A DNA stretch of 12,836 nt. Source: Bdellovibrionales bacterium (GTDB lineage: Bacteria > Bdellovibrionota > Bdellovibrionia > Bdellovibrionales > Bdellovibrionaceae). The stretch covers positions 1 through 12,836 of the forward strand of contig JANMPT010000011.1 in the NCBI GenBank assembly GCA_031370005.1, read 5' to 3'. The notes below the pieces were generated by a model. That model ran no database searches. It was not told the origin of the DNA and worked only from the letters and a program-made list of their open reading frames with translations. Below are positions 8,662 through 12,836 of the stretch, one piece after another (the first letter of the stretch is position 1; the number at the start of each line of letters is the position of its first letter). The position numbers and the translations under genes are program-made.

Positions 8662-8686
8662 TTACATTTCGGCTCCGAGGGACTTC

Positions 8687-8714
8687 AAGGGAAAAAGAGT
8701 AAAAGGGACAAGAG
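8687..8714 (-). repeat. Pyrimidine-rich imperfect direct repeat immediately after the stop codon (candidate IMH/3' homing region)
   Basis: CTCTTGTCCCTT-TTA-CTCTTTTTCCCTT, with 26 of 28 nt pyrimidine. The repeat is seen directly; the IMH role is inference. Confidence 0.5.
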
Positions 8715-8849
8715 CTACTGGGCAGTCCTCACAAGGCGGAAGCCCACGTAGGAGTAACGATTACCAGGCCCCCAGATGCCACGGCCACCGGAGCGCAGGT
8801 AGGAAGCATCGTTGCCCCAGCTGCCGCCACGCATAACGCGGCTGGAGCC
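8715..8849 (-). other. Candidate DGR variable repeat (VR)
   Basis: Encodes GSSRVMRGGSWGNDASYLRSGGRGIWGPGNRYSYVGFRLVRTAQ*. Hand count gives 88/135 G+C and 16/135 A, and none of 45 codons ends in A. Most putative variable positions are NNC/NNT codons, as expected from AAC/AAT template codons. Confidence 0.75.
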
Positions 8850-11800
8850 CGTATTAGGACCTTGCGGATCAGTTCCACCAGGCAATGCACTTTGATACCA
8901 ATCATGGGTCCATTCCCACACGTTTCCATGCAAGTCGAAGAATTCCTTACCACCGATTACAAGCGGCTTCTTTTGCGCAACAGGATGAGTCTGGTTACCA
9001 GAATTTCCACTAAACCAACCGTAGTCACCAAGTTGGGACTCTTGGCTTCCGAAGTGGTAGACATCGTTTAATTGACCACGGCCCCTGATAACAAATTCCC
9101 ATTCAGCTTCTGTCGGAAGACGATAAACATCGCCCTTTTTATGACCCGGATTTAAATCCGCGAGCGTCGGTTCTCCTGCCTGAGAAAGCTCATTCAGGCC
9201 TTGGATCCATGTTTGGATGTCTTCGTAGGAAACCTGCTCCACAGGCCTTGTATCGCCCTTAAAGTTCGATGGATCTACGTTAATCTTGTACTTCGCGCCA
9301 AACTTTGCGTTTGCGAGGTCTGCCACCTTCTTCCAGATCACTTGGGTGGTTGGAGTCGCCATCATATCAAACGGTTTAGTGAGCGTGACATCGATCTGCT
9401 TTCCGACTTCGCCCATTTTAAATTTATCGGGTTCAACTCGGTGTAAGATCGCGCGATTTCCATCGATGACAGATTCTTTAATTTTCTGTTCTTGTTCTTT
9501 TCGTCTGCGAGCCTCTTCCTCTTTGGAGCGGTCATCTTGCTTGGTTTCAGTTTGCTTTTTACTTTGGAGGACTAAAATTTCCTGCTTCATCTTTTCGATC
9601 AGCTCAGCACGAGTCATAATCTTGTATTTTTCCAAGTATTCTACGAGGGCTTGCTCTTTCTTTTTAAAATCAGAGGTTAGAGCCGTGAGCTCAATCGAGC
9701 TTGTACCCTTTGATTTCGCAATATCAAGGCTGAGTCGTAAGCCCGACAGATCCTTGACTGCTTGATTGATCGATTTCTGGAGTTCAGGTGTTAAATTAGC
9801 TTTTCCAGGTGCGGGCAGACCTGCAACTTGGTTGTGAGCTTTGTCGCTAACAAACAAACTTGGAAAAAGGTCGGGATATTTCGTGATCTCCTTTTTATAC
9901 TCCTGCATAAACTCACCAATAGAAGAGTTTAAAACTTGGCTATAGTCTTTAGCCTCATCAATCATCATTTCTAGATGAAATTTCACTCTGCTGTCTACGA
10001 CTCCTGAACCAATGAGTCTTTCGATGACTTCCGACTGGTTGCTAAATTGTAGAACTCCGTCTTGACCATAAGAGGGCACTATTTTTTGCGGCGCCCAATA
10101 GCCAAGACCTTCAAAGAAAAGCCCTAAATCTTTCATCTCGATTGTGGTTCTTAAATTTTTAAATTCGACACCACTCATCAACTGATGAACGATAAACCTA
10201 GCTTTGAGTTGGTCAAAAAGTTTAATGACCGTTCGATCCGAAGCGCTGCCCGCAGCAGAAACGTAGTAATCCGGGAACTCGCGAACATCCATTTTATGCG
10301 CTCGTCTTGTTTCTTCTTCTTTCTTAACTCTTAAGGACAGGAATTTTTCATGAACTTTGGCAAGCATTTCCTTTAAAGCGGGGTTTTCAAACTCAACCTG
10401 TTTCACTAAAGGTTCAAGCTCGTGAATAGCAAGTAAGCCTTTCCAGTTGGGGGAAATCCCTTTTTCTAAATTAACTAGAAATTGAGTCAGGGCTTCCTCA
10501 CTAGATATTTTATTTGAGACATAAACTTTATTGACCGCACGGTCCATCACCGCTTCGCCCGTAGTTCGATCTTCATTATAAGAATCTAAAAATTCACTCG
10601 GCATTTTATTTGAAGTTAAAATGGCCGATCTTAAAGCCGTTTTGATCACTTGGTTTCCGGCGAAAACTTCACGCTCATTCAGAATAGAAAGAAGTGCCGT
10701 AATTGTTTGCGGATTGGCCTTATCAACCTCATCCAAAATTGCAAAAACGAATTTCTGATTTGCCAAGCTTGTTGACACTTCAATCTCTTCCTTACCTTCA
10801 TTAAGTTGTTTCTCAATCTTTGGAAAACCGATTAATACCCCTTCAGGCAAGAGTTTGTGGAATTGCAGAAGGAATCTTTCGAACTCCTGCGGTCTCTCGG
10901 TGCGAATGCGTTTTAATACCGCACGCAAGAATTTTTGATCTTTTCCGACAGACGCTATCGTGGTTCTAACAAAAGCATCCACTTGATCCGCATTTAACTT
11001 CTTAAGCTCTGATTTTAAAATGACTTCGGCCAGTGCGGTCTTCGCTCCTCCCGGAGGGCCAAAGACATAAAGATGATTATCCGATAATATTCCGGTCAAA
11101 TGTGCTTCAATCGAATGCTCAAGTTCCACAAAGCGCTGCTTCAGCGCTCGGACTTCATACCCCATCCATTCGTAATATTTAGATGCTCTTGCCTCAGCAG
11201 TTGCATTCAACATTTCTCTTCTAAATTGTCGTTTTTCTTTTTCGCTTCGAGCGGGCAACAATTTTTCTTGCGCAAGTTTTTGAGGAACTTGGTCTTTGTC
11301 AAAATGCTGATTAAGTACGTTGGCAAATTGCTCAAGGTCCTTCTTGATAGAATCAAGTTCGGCCCGTGTTCTTTCTTTAAGGGTCCCTTTTGCCAGAAGC
11401 TGATCAATTCCTTGATCAACCTCAAACTGAGGTTTTGCGAGATCAATTTTATTTGCATCAATGACAGTTTTAATTTTGGGTCCGAGAGCTGTAAAACCAC
11501 CGCTATCTACTGACCAATCTTGAAATTCTTGAGATTTCGATTTGAGAACCCATGCATTGTCTTTTTGAGTGAATATAAATTGGGTTTTACCGTTACCATC
11601 TTGAAGTAATAGTTGACCATCATAAGGGCTATATTGAACAGCCATCTCTGACGCTGTTCCATAAGGTGAGGTAACTCGAATGCCGTTTTGCACTTCTGTT
11701 ACAGGATAGGTTTTCATTCTTAAACCCGCTGGTCCCGCATACAGCGCACTCCGTGATAGTAGGCTTAAGTCTTTTCGTTGTGGAATCAGGCGCATTTGAT

Positions 11801-12836
11801 CAAAAGGAACGCCGTCCATAAGTTGTTTTGCGATCAGCGCTGATTTGAAAATCTGCACGAGGCGTCTGACAGAACGATTTGAAAATTGATTGGCCGGAAA
11901 ATATTCGCTCTCGGCTTCTCCGTATCTCACGGCGGTCCGTGACTGATCCGCCTTCTTGGTCACGTAACGATCAAACTCGCGGGCTATCGATACGATCTCT
12001 GCCATCATGTCATCAGGGATCTTAACCTTGGCGACCAAGACCTCCAGGTCTCTCAGTGGAAGGCTGATTTTTAATTTCTCAGGATTTTTCACCAGATCAT
12101 ACATGGCCACAGTTTCTTTGGGGCTCATCTGTTGATTTGGTATATGGATTTTAATTGCCATCCGATCAAGAAGGGCTTCGCCTGATGGACGGTCATTTAA
12201 GAAACCCTGAATAAATTCGCCAGTCGTTTTGTTGGATGTGAACACGCCGCTTGATAAAATACTGTCAACGACCTTAGCTCCTAAAAATGCTTTTCTTTCA
12301 TTCAGCACGGAAAGAAGTGCGTTCAGGACCGCCGGGTTTGATTTTTCCGCTTCATCGGCAATTAAGAATAAAAACCTATCACCAACAAGAGACGACTCTG
12401 TTTCGATCTCATACTTTCCGTCTTTCATCATTGATGAGAATTTCTGAAATCCAGAAATTTTTCCCTCAGATATCAATTTATGAAACTGAAGAACGAATAC
12501 TTTTTTATCTTTTTCTGGAATTGAGTTTAAAACCGATTGGAACATGAGTCGTGATAAAAAGGTTTTAGCTCCGCCGGGCTCACCATTAATCCAGACAAAT
12601 TCTTTAGCTAAAATTGCTGTCGTCAATGCTTCAATAACTTGACTTCGTCCATACACCTTTTGATCAATTTGTTTTAAGGCAGTAACCGATTCTGTCCAAG
12701 CTTCCGAAGGCGTCTTTATTTGAACCGAAGTTGCAACAACCCCTGCGTGACTGAATATTTCTGAGCACTTATTCGCAGCCGATGCGACCGGAGATTCAAG
12801 AATGAGTAGGGATAGGAAAGTCCCTACTAATAATAT
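8715..12836 (-). CDS. Secreted tandem RavA/MoxR-like AAA+ ATPase with coiled coil and C-terminal FGE-sulfatase (CLec-fold) domain; start lies just beyond the window edge
   Basis: Frame stays open upstream of GTG 12656 to base 12836 (ILLVGTFLSLLILESPVASA-ANKCSEIF). Walker A GEPGGAKT (12561-12584) and GPPGGAKT (11037-11060). Walker B IADEAEK and ILDEVDK, followed by LLSVLNER/LLSILNER, TSNK and EALLDR/EAVMDR. C-terminal domain has YRLPTEAEWEF, FDLHGNVWEW, RVMRGGSW and VGFRLV. Confidence 0.9.
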   Translation of the reverse strand: MLLVGTFLSLLILESPVASAANKCSEIFSHAGVVATSVQIKTPSEAWTESVTALKQIDQKVYGRSQVIEALTTAILAKEFVWINGEPGGAKTFLSRLMFQSVLNSIPEKDKKVFVLQFHKLISEGKISGFQKFSSMMKDGKYEIETESSLVGDRFLFLIADEAEKSNPAVLNALLSVLNERKAFLGAKVVDSILSSGVFTSNKTTGEFIQGFLNDRPSGEALLDRMAIKIHIPNQQMSPKETVAMYDLVKNPEKLKISLPLRDLEVLVAKVKIPDDMMAEIVSIAREFDRYVTKKADQSRTAVRYGEAESEYFPANQFSNRSVRRLVQIFKSALIAKQLMDGVPFDQMRLIPQRKDLSLLSRSALYAGPAGLRMKTYPVTEVQNGIRVTSPYGTASEMAVQYSPYDGQLLLQDGNGKTQFIFTQKDNAWVLKSKSQEFQDWSVDSGGFTALGPKIKTVIDANKIDLAKPQFEVDQGIDQLLAKGTLKERTRAELDSIKKDLEQFANVLNQHFDKDQVPQKLAQEKLLPARSEKEKRQFRREMLNATAEARASKYYEWMGYEVRALKQRFVELEHSIEAHLTGILSDNHLYVFGPPGGAKTALAEVILKSELKKLNADQVDAFVRTTIASVGKDQKFLRAVLKRIRTERPQEFERFLLQFHKLLPEGVLIGFPKIEKQLNEGKEEIEVSTSLANQKFVFAILDEVDKANPQTITALLSILNEREVFAGNQVIKTALRSAILTSNKMPSEFLDSYNEDRTTGEAVMDRAVNKVYVSNKISSEEALTQFLVNLEKGISPNWKGLLAIHELEPLVKQVEFENPALKEMLAKVHEKFLSLRVKKEEETRRAHKMDVREFPDYYVSAAGSASDRTVIKLFDQLKARFIVHQLMSGVEFKNLRTTIEMKDLGLFFEGLGYWAPQKIVPSYGQDGVLQFSNQSEVIERLIGSGVVDSRVKFHLEMMIDEAKDYSQVLNSSIGEFMQEYKKEITKYPDLFPSLFVSDKAHNQVAGLPAPGKANLTPELQKSINQAVKDLSGLRLSLDIAKSKGTSSIELTALTSDFKKKEQALVEYLEKYKIMTRAELIEKMKQEILVLQSKKQTETKQDDRSKEEEARRRKEQEQKIKESVIDGNRAILHRVEPDKFKMGEVGKQIDVTLTKPFDMMATPTTQVIWKKVADLANAKFGAKYKINVDPSNFKGDTRPVEQVSYEDIQTWIQGLNELSQAGEPTLADLNPGHKKGDVYRLPTEAEWEFVIRGRGQLNDVYHFGSQESQLGDYGWFSGNSGNQTHPVAQKKPLVIGGKEFFDLHGNVWEWTHDWYQSALPGGTDPQGPNTGSSRVMRGGSWGNDASYLRSGGRGIWGPGNRYSYVGFRLVRTAQ

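Noticed and set aside
8715..9460. Active formylglycine-generating enzyme
   Set aside because: Catalytic cysteines are absent and no sulfatase gene is nearby.
8729..9765. ORFs 8729-8953, 8862-9071, 9201-9446 and 9286-9765 as avd or other DGR accessory genes
   Set aside because: Alternative-frame or antisense overlaps of the large gene with no recognisable motifs.
11100..12547. Short ORFs 11100-11513, 11207-11500, 12229-12447 and 12287-12547
   Set aside because: Shadow frames within the AAA+ gene.

Overview
Window of roughly 40-45% GC that looks like a Bdellovibrionota (predatory bacterium) chromosome; the taxon is inferred from gene content, not verified. Left to right: (i) a minus-strand three-gene unit of an outer-membrane beta-barrel-like protein, a small lipoprotein and a large fibre/adhesin with GNVGIGT repeats that runs off the left edge and is missing from the ORF track, behind a sigma28-like promoter; (ii) an orphan response regulator with a probable ribbon-helix-helix tail; (iii) a DUF3299/ABC ATPase/MacB-FtsX permease operon preceded by a perfect 20-bp inverted repeat; (iv) an HdeD/DUF308 protein and a secreted GxQxGxxN repeat protein; (v) a 5'-truncated moeB-rhodanese remnant; (vi) a protein of more than 1370 aa with a signal peptide, two tandem RavA/MoxR-like AAA+ domains, a coiled coil and a C-terminal FGE-sulfatase (CLec-fold) domain. 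The last 135 nt of gene (vi) carry a strong diversity-generating retroelement (DGR) variable-repeat signature, but no template repeat or reverse transcriptase is visible. The best candidate for a novel system is therefore a secreted tandem AAA+ ATPase with a hypervariable binding tip, probably a remote DGR target.
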